A stretch of DNA of 64,000 nucleotides from Deltaproteobacteria bacterium (lineage in GTDB: Bacteria; Desulfobacterota; Binatia; HRBIN30; JACQVA1), in NCBI GenBank assembly GCA_016178705.1, contig JACOST010000032.1, positions 152,448-216,447 on the forward strand. Reading direction: 5' to 3'. Positions within the stretch are counted from its first letter, which is position 1; each line of letters begins with the position of its first letter. Made by a program: the position numbers and the translations under genes. Shown here piece by piece: positions 35,566 to 46,736 of the stretch. The notes beneath the pieces were generated by a model. It did not search any database. It was not told where the DNA came from and saw only the letters and a list, made by a program, of their open reading frames with translations.

Positions 35566-37365
35566 CTACGCTTCCACCTTGAGAACAGCCAGGAACGCTT
35601 CCGGCGGAATCTCGACCCGGCCGACTTGCTTCATGCGCTTCTTGCCTTCCTTCTGCTTCTCGAGCAGCTTGCGCTTACGCGTGATGTCGCCGCCGTAGCA
35701 CTTGGCGGTCACGTTCTTGCGCAGCGCGCGCACGGTTTCGCGCGCGATGATCTTGCTGCCGATGGCGGCCTGGATGATCACTTCGAACATTTGCTGCGGG
35801 ATGAGTTCCTTCATCTTCTCGGCCAGCTCACGCCCACGCGGATACGCGCGCTCGCGGTGGATGATGAGGGAGAGGGCGTCGACCGCCTCGCCATTGATGC
35901 GCACGTCGAGCTTGATCAGATCCCCGGGTCGGAGATCGAGGAACTCATAGTCGAGCGAGGCGTATCCCTTGCTCACCGACTTCAAGCGATCGTAGAAGTC
36001 GAGCACCACCTCGTTGAGCGGCAATTCGTAAATCACCGCGGCACGGCCGCGGCCGAAGAATTTCAACTCGCGCTGCTTGCCGCGTTTTTCTTCGCAGAGC
36101 TTGAGCACGCCGCCCAGATAGGTCTCGGGAACGTGAACCGTGGCCACGATGAACGGTTCCTCGAAGGTCGCGATGCTCTGCGCGTCGGGTAACTTCACCG
36201 GGCTATCGACCATCAAGACCTCGCCGGTGATCGTCGTAACGCGATACGCCACGGTGGGCGCGGTGGTGATCAACGTGAGGTTGAATTCGCGCTCGAGCCG
36301 CTCGCGGATCACGTCCATGTGCAACAGCCCGAGAAAGCCGCAGCGGAAACCGAAGCCGAGCGCCACCGACACTTCGGGTTCGTAGGTGAATGACGAATCG
36401 TTCAGGCGCAGCTTCTCCATCGCCTCGCGCAGCGGGCCGTACTGCGTCGTGTCGGCCGGATAGAGTCCGCTGAACACCATCGGCTTCACGCTCTTGAACC
36501 CCGGCAGCGGCAGCGCCGTCGGACGATCGGCTTCGGTGACCGTATCGCCGATGTTGGTGTGCCGGATGTCTTTGATGCCGGCCATGATGAATCCGACTTC
36601 GCCCGACTCCAACGCGTCGATGACCGTGGCGCGAGGCGCGAACACGCCGACTCGGGTGACATCGAATTGCGCACCGGTGGTCATCATCACGATGCGCATG
36701 CCGGCGGTGACGCGGCCGTCCAGCACGCGCACCAGCACGACGGCACCGTGATAGGGATCGAACCAGCTATCGAAAATCAACGCCTTCAGCGGCGCGGTCG
36801 GATCGCCGAGCGGGGCCGGAATACGCTGCACGATCGCTTCGAGCACCGCCTCCGTCCCGATGCCGGCCTTCGCACTGGTGCGCACGGCTTCGTGTGCATC
36901 GAGGCCGATGATCTCTTCAATCTCAGCGATGACTCGCTCCGGCTCAGCGCTCGGCAGATCGATCTTGTTGAGCACCGGCACGACGGTGAGATTGGCATCG
37001 ATGGCGAGGTACGCGTTGGCCACCGTCTGCGCCTCGACGCCTTGCGCCGCGTCCACTACCAGCAGCGCTCCCTCGCATGCCGCCAAGCTGCGCGACACCT
37101 CATACGCGAAGTCGACGTGCCCCGGCGTATCGATCAGGTTCAGGACATAGTCGTTGCCGTCTTGCGCGTGGTAGTACAAGCGCACCGCGCTGGCCTTGAT
37201 GGTGATGCCCCGCTCGCGCTCGAGATCCATGCTGTCGAGAATCTGCGCCTGGCGCTCGCGTTCGGTGATCGCGCCGGTGAACTCGAGCAGCCGATCGGCC
37301 AGCGTCGACTTGCCGTGGTCGATGTGGGCGACGATCGAGAAATTGCGAATGAACTGCAGCTCCAT
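35566..37365 (-). CDS. lepA: translation elongation factor 4
   Basis: 599 aa; [29 protein letters not shown], LepA C-terminal region. Confidence 0.95.
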   Translation of the reverse strand: MELQFIRNFSIVAHIDHGKSTLADRLLEFTGAITERERQAQILDSMDLERERGITIKASAVRLYYHAQDGNDYVLNLIDTPGHVDFAYEVSRSLAACEGALLVVDAAQGVEAQTVANAYLAIDANLTVVPVLNKIDLPSAEPERVIAEIEEIIGLDAHEAVRTSAKAGIGTEAVLEAIVQRIPAPLGDPTAPLKALIFDSWFDPYHGAVVLVRVLDGRVTAGMRIVMMTTGAQFDVTRVGVFAPRATVIDALESGEVGFIMAGIKDIRHTNIGDTVTEADRPTALPLPGFKSVKPMVFSGLYPADTTQYGPLREAMEKLRLNDSSFTYEPEVSVALGFGFRCGFLGLLHMDVIRERLEREFNLTLITTAPTVAYRVTTITGEVLMVDSPVKLPDAQSIATFEEPFIVATVHVPETYLGGVLKLCEEKRGKQRELKFFGRGRAAVIYELPLNEVVLDFYDRLKSVSKGYASLDYEFLDLRPGDLIKLDVRINGEAVDALSLIIHRERAYPRGRELAEKMKELIPQQMFEVIIQAAIGSKIIARETVRALRKNVTAKCYGGDITRKRKLLEKQKEGKKRMKQVGRVEIPPEAFLAVLKVEA

Positions 37366-37440
37366 AGGACGATGGTCAGGTGCTCGGAAGCGGATGCCGC
37401 GTTCGGAGGGACATGCCCCAGCCCCTCTTCACCTGACACC

Positions 37441-38363
37441 TCACTGTTTCCGCGCGCGAAACCACTCCACCGTCTGGCGCAGTCCTTCGTCGAGCGACAC
37501 TTCCGGACGCCAGCGGAGCACGCGGCCAGCGGCCGACGCGTCGATCACACTGCGGAGCTGCTCGCCGGGCTTGGCCGGGCCGTGCTGCGCCGGCGCACTG
37601 GAACCACACAACGGCGCCAAGCGTTCGTACAGCGTGTTCACGTCGGTCTCGCGCCCGTTGCCGAAGTTCAACGCGCCGCAATAGTCTGACTTCAACGCGG
37701 CGACGCTGGCCCGTGCGAGATCACCGACGAAGACATAGTCGCGCGTCTGCTTGCCATCGCCGTTGATGATCGGGTGCTCGCCGCGAAGGAACTTCTCGAT
37801 GAAGATGGCGATCACGCCGGCCTCACCGTGCGGGTTCTGGCGCGGGCCGTACACGTTGCCGTAGCGACAGGCGAGGTACGGGATGCCGTAGGCGGTGAAA
37901 TAGAAAAACAGATAACGCTCACTCGAGAGCTTGGCGACGCCGTACGGGCTGATCGGTGCGAGCGGATGGGTCTCGGGCGCGGGAAAGGCTTCCTGCTCGC
38001 CGTAGATCGCGCCGCCCGTCGAGGCGAAGATCACTCGCTTCAAACCATTGCGCCGCCCCTGCTCCATCAAGTTGAGCAAGCCGACGATATTGACGCGCGC
38101 GTCGAACACCGGATCGGCAACCGAACGGCGCACGTCCATCTGCGCCGCGTGGTGATTGAGCACCTCGGGCTTCTCGCGCGCGAAGAGTTCCCCAACTGCG
38201 GCGCCATCCTGGATGTCGAGTTGAACGAAGCGAGCCTTGGGGTTGAGGTTCGCCCGCTTACCCGACGATAGGTCGTCGACCACCACGACATCGTGACCCG
38301 CCGCGACGTAGGCATCGGTGATATGCGAAGCGATGAAGCCGGCGCCGCCTGTGACCACGATCT

Positions 38364-38367
<4 letters not shown>
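37441..38367 (-). CDS. NAD-dependent nucleotide-sugar 4-epimerase (GalE/UDP-xylose 4-epimerase-like)
   Basis: Start at M28 ([15 protein letters not shown]), ATGA overlap with the upstream stop; YGVAKL (YxxxK). Confidence 0.8.
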
Positions 38368-39325
<958 letters not shown>

Positions 39326-39329
<4 letters not shown>

Positions 39330-40639
39330 GACGTGACCGGAGGCCGCCCCACGGAGTAGTAGGTGAAACCGCGCTGCTTCATTTCCACCGGCTCGTAAAG
39401 GTTGCGGCCGTCGAAGATCACCGGGTGCTTGAGAAGCTGACGCATGCGATCGAAATCGGGGCGGCGGAACTCGTTCCACTCGGTCATGATCAAGAGCGCC
39501 GACGCGCCGGCGAGGGCGTCATAGTTGACGCGATGGTATTGAATGCGATCGCCGAAAATCTTGCGCGCCTCGCCGAGCGCTTCGGGATCGTGCGCGTGGA
39601 CCTCAGCGCCGGCCTTGAGCAACGAGTCGATCGCGGTGACCGCCGGCGCTTCGCGCATGTCGTCGGTGCGCGGCTTGAACGCGAGGCCCCAGACCGCGAA
39701 CTTCATCCCGCGCAGATACTCGCCGAAGTGCCGCTGCACCTTGTCGACCACGGTCTGCTTCTGGCGTTCGTTGACCGCCTCGACGGCGCGCAGCATCGCG
39801 AAGTCGAGCCCCTGATCGATGGCGGTGCGAATCACGGCTTTGACATCCTTGGGAAAGCACGAGCCGCCGTAGCCGACACCGGGAAAAAGAAAATGATGCC
39901 CGATGCGGCGATCGGAGCCGATGCCGCGACGCACGTCGCTGACATCCGCACCGACTCGCTCGCACAGATTTGCGATCTCGTTCATGAACGAAATGCGCGC
40001 CGCCAGCATCGCGTTGGCTGCGTACTTGGTCATCTCGGCGCTCGCGGTACCCATGACGAGAATCGGGTTCTCGTTACGGACGAACGGGCCGTAGAGTTCC
40101 TTCATCAACTCGATCGCCTTCTCGCTGCCGCTGCCGATCACAACGCGGTCGGGCTTCATGAAGTCTTCGATCGCCGCCCCTTCTTTGAGGAACTCGGGAT
40201 TGGAGACGACATCGAACTCGTGCCGGGTGCGCGACGCGATCACTTGCCGCACCCGTTCGGCGGTGCCGACGGGCACCGTGCTCTTGTCGACGATGACGCG
40301 ATAGCCATCCATCGCTTCGGCGATCTCGGCGGCGACGCGCATGACCGCGTGCAAATCCGCGCTGCCGTCCGAACCAGAGGGCGTGCCGACGGCGATGAAG
40401 CAGATGAGCGATTGGCGGATCGCCGCGGCGAGGTCAGTGCTAAAGGTCAGCCGCTTCTCGGCGACGTTGCGCTTGATCAGCTCTTCCAGCCCGGGCTCGT
40501 AGATCGGCACCATCCCTTGGCGGAGCTGAGCGATCTTGGCTTCGTCGATGTCGACACAGATCACATCGTTGCCGCCCTCGGCGAAGCAGGTACCCGCCAC
40601 CAGCCCGACGTAGCCAGTCCCGATGACGCAGAGTTTCAC
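39326..40639 (-). CDS. ugd: UDP-glucose 6-dehydrogenase
   Basis: 437 aa, GTG start; IGTGYVGLV, catalytic GGSCFPKD. Confidence 0.92.
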
Positions 40640-40663
40640 GTGGTGGTCTCCTCACGCCTCGGT

Positions 40664-40696
40664 GCAAAAAAGGGCCTGACGGCGCGCAGCCAAGCC
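40664..40696 (-). terminator. candidate intrinsic terminator or attenuator between the GT2 gene and ugd
   Basis: Minus-strand RNA GGCUUGGC-UGCGCGCC-GUCAGGCC (8 bp including 2 G-U) followed by CUUUUUUGC; ends 25 nt before the ugd GTG. Confidence 0.45.
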
Positions 40697-40752
40697 AGAC
40701 CCTTTCGAAGCCACCGAGACCATCAAAATCCGCCGGAGCTATAGCGGCGGGT

Positions 40753-41748
40753 CTAGGGGAAGTCAACGCGAGGTAGGGAGTTGTGCGCGTTGTCGGCGGT
40801 GCGCCCACCCGCTTCAATCACGCTTGCTACCCTATACACCGGCTTCCCTTGCGACTCGTGGTAGGTGCGCACGAGCAGCTCGCCGAGCAGGCCCATGGTC
40901 ACGAACTGGATGCCCATGATGGTGAGCAAGATGCCGAGCCACACCAGCGGACGGCCGGCGAGGCGGACATCGAAGAACAGCCGTTCAAACCCGAGCCACC
41001 CGACGATGAGTAGGCCCACGGCGGTGGCGAGCAGGCCGAAGACGCCAAAGATATGAATCGGGCGCGTCGAGTAGCTCGACATGAACTTCACCGTCACCAG
41101 ATCGAGCAACACGCGCACGACGCGCGAGAGGCCGTACTTCGACTGTCCGCGCAGCCGTGGGCGATGATTCACGGGGACCTCGACGATGCGCGCGCCAAGA
41201 TCGGCCGCCAGTGCCGGAATGAACCGGTGCATCTCACCGTACAGCCGCAGTCCGCGCGCCAGGTCGCCGCGCAGCGCCTTCAGCGTGCAGCCGTAGTCGT
41301 GCAAGCGCACGCCGGTGATGGCGCCGATAAACCAGTTCGCCGCCACCGACGGCACCCGCCGGCTCCACAACGGATCCTGCCGATTGGCCCGCCATCCGGC
41401 GACCAGGTCGTAGCCTTCATTCATCTTCGCGAGCAGCCGCGGGATCTCGGTCGGATCGTTCTGACCGTCGCCGTCCATCAGCACGACCACCTCACCCTGC
41501 GCATGCGCAATGCCGGCGGCCATTGCGGCGGTCTGGCCGAAGTTGCGACTGAGCTGCACGACTGTCACGCGCGGATCGTCGTCGTGCAGCCGTCGCAACA
41601 CCTCGAAGCTGCCGTCGCGGCTGCCGTCGTCGACGTAGATCACTTCACTCTGCTGCCCGAGCTGGTCGAGCACCGCGCGCAACTCGGCATGCAAGGGCAC
41701 GAGGTTATCGACCTCGTCGTGAACGGGGATGACGATGGAGAGATGCAT
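40753..41748 (-). CDS. GT2 polyprenyl-phosphate glycosyltransferase (ArnC/GtrB-like)
   Basis: Start at M26 (MHLSIVIPVHDE); YVDDGSRDGS, DGDGQNDP, two C-terminal TM helices. Confidence 0.85.
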   Translation of the reverse strand: MHLSIVIPVHDEVDNLVPLHAELRAVLDQLGQQSEVIYVDDGSRDGSFEVLRRLHDDDPRVTVVQLSRNFGQTAAMAAGIAHAQGEVVVLMDGDGQNDPTEIPRLLAKMNEGYDLVAGWRANRQDPLWSRRVPSVAANWFIGAITGVRLHDYGCTLKALRGDLARGLRLYGEMHRFIPALAADLGARIVEVPVNHRPRLRGQSKYGLSRVVRVLLDLVTVKFMSSYSTRPIHIFGVFGLLATAVGLLIVGWLGFERLFFDVRLAGRPLVWLGILLTIMGIQFVTMGLLGELLVRTYHESQGKPVYRVASVIEAGGRTADNAHNSLPRVDFP

Positions 41749-41853
41749 GACACCTATCGCAGATAGCCGATCGCTGATTGCGTATCGTCGGATCCCCGAG
41801 CCCGGCAATACGCCATCGGCCATCTGCCATCCGCGTTCCTCATCCCAGGTTCC

Positions 41854-42756
41854 TCATCCGATGTCCGTCAGGCTGATGAACTGCCGATAGCGCCGCTCGA
41901 TGTCGTCGCGCGTGAGCGTGCGCAGACGATTGAGGCTGAAGTCTTCGACGCAGTACGACGCCAGCACGCTGCCGTAAACGATCGCGCGTCGCAAGCCACC
42001 TTCCGACGTGTCGCCCGAGCGCGCGATCTCGCCCATGAAGCCGCCGGCAAAGGTATCGCCGGCACCGGTCGGATCGAAGACCTCTTCGAGCGGGAACGCC
42101 GGAATGGCAAAAACCGAATCGGGTGCGAAGCGGATCACACCGTACTCGCCGCGCTTGATCAGCACGCTCTTCGGTCCCATCGCGAGAATCCGGCGCGCCG
42201 CTTTCACGATGTTGCGCTCGCCGCTGAGCAGGCGCGCTTCCTCATCGTTGATGGTGAGGATGTCGACGCGACCGAGCAGGCGCTCCACGTCGGGGCGTGA
42301 CGACGTGATCCAGTGATTCATCGTGTCGCAGCCGATCAAGCCGGGTGCCGAGAGTTGATCGAGGACCGTGCTTTGCAACTTCGGATCGATATTGGCGAGG
42401 AAGACGTACGGCGCATCGCGATAACTCGCCGGCAACACCGGTTCGAAGTCGGCGAACACGTTGAGCTGCAAGTCGAGCGTATCGCGAACGTTCATGTCCT
42501 CATGATAACGGCCCGTCCAGCGGCCGGTCTTTCCCGGCTGCAACTTCAGGCCGCTCAGATCGATACCGCGACCGGTGAGGAATTCGATCTCCGCCTGCGG
42601 AAAATCCTCGCCCGCCGTCGCCACCATCTTCACCGGCGCGAAGAAACTCGCCGCCACCGCGAAGTAGGTCGCTGCGCCGCCCATGACGTCCTCGACCTTG
42701 CCATGTGGCGTCTCGACGGTATCGAAAAATACGGACCCAACAACAACGATGCTCAT
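41854..42756 (-). CDS. PfkB-family carbohydrate/nucleoside kinase
   Basis: 300 aa; DPTGAGDTFAGGF anion-hole motif. Confidence 0.85.
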   Translation of the reverse strand: MSIVVVGSVFFDTVETPHGKVEDVMGGAATYFAVAASFFAPVKMVATAGEDFPQAEIEFLTGRGIDLSGLKLQPGKTGRWTGRYHEDMNVRDTLDLQLNVFADFEPVLPASYRDAPYVFLANIDPKLQSTVLDQLSAPGLIGCDTMNHWITSSRPDVERLLGRVDILTINDEEARLLSGERNIVKAARRILAMGPKSVLIKRGEYGVIRFAPDSVFAIPAFPLEEVFDPTGAGDTFAGGFMGEIARSGDTSEGGLRRAIVYGSVLASYCVEDFSLNRLRTLTRDDIERRYRQFISLTDIG

Positions 42757-42815
42757 GCGATCCTCGAAACCTTTCTCAACAAACGATTACACAGATTCAG
42801 AGTTCTTCCTCTCCC

Positions 42816-42842
42816 AATCCGTGAAATCCGCGTAATCCGTGG
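42816..42842 (+). repeat. tandem nonamer array (3 units) AATCCGNNN
   Basis: aatccgtga aatccgcgt aatccgtgg, between the mtnP stop and the PfkB start. Confidence 0.6.
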
Positions 42843-42861
42843 TAGTCCCCCGTCCGATGCC

Positions 42862-43761
42862 CTAAACGTATTTCCCAATGATCACCTTGAGATCGTCTTT
42901 CACCTTCTGTGGGATGCGGGCGCGGTCGGTGATGATGGCGTGTTGCAGCGCGCTCGCACAGGGGCAAGACCGTGTCGTCGGGAGATGCGACACCGTCTCG
43001 CCGACCACGCGGCGCGCCAACTCAACGTTGGCGTTCAGCACGCGCAGGATGTCGGCGATCGCGACATCGTCGTGGTGCGGGTTCCAGCAATCGAAATCGG
43101 TCACCAGCGCCAAGCTCGCAAAACACATCTCGGCTTCGCGCGCGAGTTTGGCTTCCTGCAGATTGGTCATGCCGATCACACTCGCGCCCCAGTTGCGATA
43201 CAGCTCCGACTCGGCACGGGTGGAGAACTGCGGCCCTTCCATGCACAGATAAGTGCCGCCGGCGTGTACGGTTGCGCCGGCCGTACGAGCCGCATCGCTG
43301 ACGGTGCGCATGAGCACCGCACAGCACGGATCGGCGAACATGACGTGGGCGACGATGCCGTCGCCGAAAAACGTGCTCGGCCGCTTCACCGTACGATCGA
43401 TGAACTGATCCGGCACGACCACATGCCCTGGCGCAATCTCGCCGCGCAAGCTGCCCACCGCGCCGACGGATATCAGCCACTCGACGCCGAGCTGCTTCAT
43501 GCCGTGAATGTTGGCGCGGAAATTCAACTCGCTCGGCAAAATGCGATGCCCGCGCCCATGCCGCGGGAGGAACACCAGGCGCACGCCGGCTAGCGTGCCG
43601 CACACGAACTCATCTGACGGTTCGCCGAAGGGCGTGGTCAGCCGACGCGATTCGACGTTCGCCAAACCCGGCAGCTCGTACAACCCGCTGCCGCCAACTA
43701 CCCCGACGGTCGTCACGCGGAAACCGCTTCCGTCTGAGCGCTCGCGCCGCGCTCTACACAA
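42862..43761 (-). CDS. mtnP: S-methyl-5'-thioadenosine phosphorylase
   Basis: VGVVGGSGLY, FLPRHGRGH, GPQFSTRAES. Start uncertain: ATG at 43761, or GTG at 43716, which gives a canonical N-terminus. Confidence 0.85.
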   Translation of the reverse strand: MCRARRERSDGSGFRVTTVGVVGGSGLYELPGLANVESRRLTTPFGEPSDEFVCGTLAGVRLVFLPRHGRGHRILPSELNFRANIHGMKQLGVEWLISVGAVGSLRGEIAPGHVVVPDQFIDRTVKRPSTFFGDGIVAHVMFADPCCAVLMRTVSDAARTAGATVHAGGTYLCMEGPQFSTRAESELYRNWGASVIGMTNLQEAKLAREAEMCFASLALVTDFDCWNPHHDDVAIADILRVLNANVELARRVVGETVSHLPTTRSCPCASALQHAIITDRARIPQKVKDDLKVIIGKYV

Positions 43762-43783
43762 GAGGTCCCAGCAGTGGGTCCGC

Positions 43784-43857
43784 CATACCGGCGAAAGCCG
43801 GTATCCAGGCGGGGGCGTGGGGTGTGAGCCTGGATTCCGGCTTTCGCCGGAATGACG
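43784..43857. repeat. inverted pair of the ccggctttcgccgg / cctggattcc repeat (23-bp arms, 17-nt loop)
   Basis: ccggcgaaagccggtatccaggc (43788-43810) against gcctggattccggctttcgccgg (43828-43850), 1 mismatch. Confidence 0.65.
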
Positions 43858-43923
43858 AGTCGGGAGGCCGCTCCATTTCTGAGAAGAGCGCTCCCGCTGT
43901 TGTACCGCATCGGTTCCAACTCC

Positions 43924-44859
43924 TCACCCTCGAATCATTCCCAGTCGCGGCCCGGTCTCGATGGTTAGCTGACGAACGGGCCCAAGAATTTCGCCGTCGA
44001 CCATGTACTGGCTCGGCAGCGGAAACTCAACTACGACACGCTGCGCGAGGTTGTCGTAGAGTTGCTCCGATTCCAACGGGAAGCCACGCCGCATCCGCCA
44101 CAGCTTGCGCACGATCTCGGGCGGCGTGATCGGTCCAGCGATCAGATGGAAGAAGCCGCGCTTGCGAGTGGCGAGGTACGTCGGCTTGAAGCCGAGGCCG
44201 ATGTCCACCAGCGTGCTGGCGTAGACGATGTTGAAGCGGCGGAACGGTAGGCGTTCACCGTCGCAGTCAATGTCAGCCTCGGTTGCTTGGAACACGCCGC
44301 GCGACAGCGAGGTGCCGAGCAACGTCGACAGCGACAGTTGCGCGATCAACCACGCCGCGCGGCGCGGACCACGGCGCGCACCGGAGTAGTAGATGCGCAG
44401 GAAGTTGATGATCGGGCCGGCGCCGAACATGAAGCCGTAGTACTGGCCGTCAACGCGTAGGAGATGGCGCTCGACCACTTCATGGGTGTGGCCGTGACGG
44501 TAGTCGGCGATCACGTGCGCCAGCATGCGTTCGGGCCGCCGCCACTTGCCGCCGATCGAGCGGATCATCGTGTTCATCGTCCCGGCGCGTAGCGGCAGGA
44601 ACAGCGGCAGCGGCGCGCCGTCATACTCGCGGATGAGCGCGGAGAGCGTGTGAAAATAACTGCCATCACCGCCACAGACGGTGACGATGTCACACCCCTT
44701 GATACGGATCTCGCGCACCGCATCCGGCAAGGCGGCCAGACTGGGCGTTTCGAGCACGCAGCCGTCGTCACCGATGATTTTACGAAGCCGCTCGGTGCGT
44801 TTCCCCTCCGCGCGATTGCCCGCCGCGTGGGGATTCACCACTACCGCGATGCCCGGCAC
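43924..44859 (-). CDS. diacylglycerol-kinase-family lipid kinase (YegS/BmrU-like)
   Basis: 311 aa, GTG start; VVVNPHAAGN, VTVCGGDGSYFH. Confidence 0.8.
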   Translation of the reverse strand: MPGIAVVVNPHAAGNRAEGKRTERLRKIIGDDGCVLETPSLAALPDAVREIRIKGCDIVTVCGGDGSYFHTLSALIREYDGAPLPLFLPLRAGTMNTMIRSIGGKWRRPERMLAHVIADYRHGHTHEVVERHLLRVDGQYYGFMFGAGPIINFLRIYYSGARRGPRRAAWLIAQLSLSTLLGTSLSRGVFQATEADIDCDGERLPFRRFNIVYASTLVDIGLGFKPTYLATRKRGFFHLIAGPITPPEIVRKLWRMRRGFPLESEQLYDNLAQRVVVEFPLPSQYMVDGEILGPVRQLTIETGPRLGMIRG

Positions 44860-44867
44860 GGTTCGAT

Positions 44868-44895
44868 CGTGAGGCGTGACTCGTGAATCGTGAGT
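44868..44895 (+). repeat. tandem heptamer array (4 units) CGTGANN
   Basis: cgtgagg cgtgact cgtgaat cgtgagt, 8 nt from the lipid-kinase start codon. Confidence 0.65.
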
Positions 44896-45075
44896 CGCAA
44901 GACTTGACCGGCCGAGACGCGACTGCGCCCACGTCGGCCCTCAATACGTTCGCCCCGGCAAACGGGTATTGAAAGCGGGCGAGAACAAACCGTTTCCCCG
45001 AGTAGCGGCACTGAGTAGAAGCCGCAGGCTTCGTATCGAAGGGTCGCGCATCGAGGGGCTGTTCGCGCAAAGCGC

Positions 45076-45134
45076 GTGAGTGGTGAGGCGTGATCGATGC
45101 GAGCGCTCACGATTCACCCTTCACGGCGATCACG
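45076..45134. repeat. inverted heptamer arrays (3 + 3-4 units) forming an imperfect hairpin at the rlmN 3' end
   Basis: gtgagtg gtgaggc gtgat ... ctcacga ttcaccc ttcacgg cgatcacg; the rlmN TGA (45130-45132) lies in the last unit. Confidence 0.6.
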
Positions 45135-46194
45135 CTGCCGTGGCATGTCGGGCGGCGAGTTGGCCGCACGCGGCGTCGATGTCTTGGCCGCGGCTGCGGC
45201 GTACGGTGGCGAGCACGCCGGCCGCAAGCAGGCGGCGGCGGAACGCCTCGACCGCCGCATCGCTGGCGCGCGCCACCTCGGCGTCGGGAAAGGGATTGAA
45301 CGGAATCACGTTGACCTTGGCGCGAATGCCGTGCAGCAGCCGCGTCAGACGATCGGCGTCGGCCAGCGAGTCATTGCGGCCGGCCAGCATCACATACTCG
45401 AACGTAATGCGGCGGCGCTGCGCGATCGGCAGTGCCCGGCACAGCGCCATCAGCTTCTCCAGCGGATATTTCTTGTTCACCGGCATCAGGGCCGTGCGCT
45501 GCACGTCAGTGGTGGCGCTGAGCGACACCGCTAGATTGACGTTGGTCTCCCGCACCAGCCGTTCCATCTGCGGCAGCAGCCCGACGGTCGACACGGTGAT
45601 GCGCCGCGCGCTGATGGCCAAACCCCACGGCGCCGACAACGTGGCGAGCGCGGCAACCACGTTGTCGTAGTTGTGCAGCGGCTCGCCCATACCCATGAAG
45701 ACGATGTTGGTGATCGTTTCGCCTGCGGCGAGTGCACGCTCGGCCGCCATCACCTGACCAACGATTTCGTCCTCGGTGAGATTGCGCTGCAACCCCAATC
45801 GGGCGGTCGCGCAGAACACGCACCCCATGCCACAACCGGCCTGCGACGAGATGCACAGCGTCAACCGCGGCGGCTCGGGGATCAGGACCGACTCAATCGC
45901 GAAGCCGTCACGCAGGCCGAAGAGAAACTTGCGCGTGCCGTCACGCGAGCGCGCGACCTGAACCGGATCGAGCCGTGGTAGTTCGAACGCAGCGACGAAC
46001 GCGTCGCGCACCGCGCGCGGCAAGTCGCTCATCGCCGCAGCGTCCTCGATGCGGTGATGGTAGATCCAAGTCAGAATCTGTTCGGCGCGATATTTTGGAA
46101 GACCCTGCGCCGCAATCCACGACCGAACGGCCACGGGCGTAGCAATCTGGTGGTACCGGCTTCCAGCCGGTGTACCCTCTGCAAACGCTACCAC
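45130..46194 (-). CDS. rlmN: 23S rRNA/tRNA (adenine-C2)-methyltransferase RlmN (radical SAM)
   Basis: LPKYRAEQILTWIY, CISSQAGCGMGCVFCATA, MGMGEPL. Start placed at GTG 46194, just after the ndk stop; the ORF extends to 46317, overlapping ndk. Confidence 0.85.
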   Translation of the reverse strand: MVAFAEGTPAGSRYHQIATPVAVRSWIAAQGLPKYRAEQILTWIYHHRIEDAAAMSDLPRAVRDAFVAAFELPRLDPVQVARSRDGTRKFLFGLRDGFAIESVLIPEPPRLTLCISSQAGCGMGCVFCATARLGLQRNLTEDEIVGQVMAAERALAAGETITNIVFMGMGEPLHNYDNVVAALATLSAPWGLAISARRITVSTVGLLPQMERLVRETNVNLAVSLSATTDVQRTALMPVNKKYPLEKLMALCRALPIAQRRRITFEYVMLAGRNDSLADADRLTRLLHGIRAKVNVIPFNPFPDAEVARASDAAVEAFRRRLLAAGVLATVRRSRGQDIDAACGQLAARHATAA

Positions 46195-46207
46195 TTCTAT
46201 GGCAGTG

Positions 46208-46630
46208 TCAGCTCGGGAGTTCGAGCTGACTGAAGAAGAAGCTGATCTCCCAGCGCGCGGTGTCGGCGGCGTCGGAACCATGGCAGGCATTCTGCTCGAC
46301 ATCCGTGCCGAAGTCACGCCGCAGCGTGCCGGCCGCGGCCTTCGCTGGATCGGTGGCGCCCATGATCTCGCGGTTACGCGCGATCGCGTTGTCGCCTTCG
46401 AGCACGGAGACCAGGATCGGTCCCGACGACATGAACTTCGTCAGGTCCGCATAAAACGGTCGCTCTTTGTGCACGACATAGAAGCGCGCGGCGTCGGCCG
46501 AACTCATGCGGATGAGTTTCGCCGCCACGATTTTGAGCCCGCCTTGTTCCAGCCGCGCCAGAATTTGGCCGACCCCGTGCTTGCGCACTGCGTCGGGCTT
46601 CACAATCGAGAGTGTTCGCTCAGACATCAT
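46208..46630 (-). CDS. ndk: nucleoside-diphosphate kinase
   Basis: 140 aa; [19 protein letters not shown]. Confidence 0.95.
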   Translation of the reverse strand: MMSERTLSIVKPDAVRKHGVGQILARLEQGGLKIVAAKLIRMSSADAARFYVVHKERPFYADLTKFMSSGPILVSVLEGDNAIARNREIMGATDPAKAAAGTLRRDFGTDVEQNACHGSDAADTARWEISFFFSQLELPS

Positions 46631-46644
46631 CTTGATCCTTTGAC

Positions 46645-46726
46645 AACGGATTAAACGGATTGAACGGATTTCGGACGGGCCTGGCTGACCCTCGCGCCCA
46701 ATCCGTTTAATCCGTTCAATCCGTTG
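46645..46726. repeat. inverted nonamer arrays: 3x AACGGATTN, 28-nt spacer, 3x AATCCGTTN
   Basis: aacggatta aacggattg aacggattt ... aatccgttt aatccgttc aatccgttg, between the sucD stop and the ndk start. Confidence 0.7.
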
Positions 46727-46736
46727 TAAACTCTTC

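Noticed and set aside
37395-37430. Possible degenerate fragment of the 33-nt repeat (ccccagcccctcttcacc) upstream of lepA
   Set aside because: Only about 12 nt of similarity. Not distinguishable from chance in GC-rich DNA.
39425-40744. 439-aa plus-strand ORF
   Set aside because: Antisense to ugd.
42313-43593. 426-aa plus-strand ORF
   Set aside because: Antisense to the PfkB kinase and mtnP genes.
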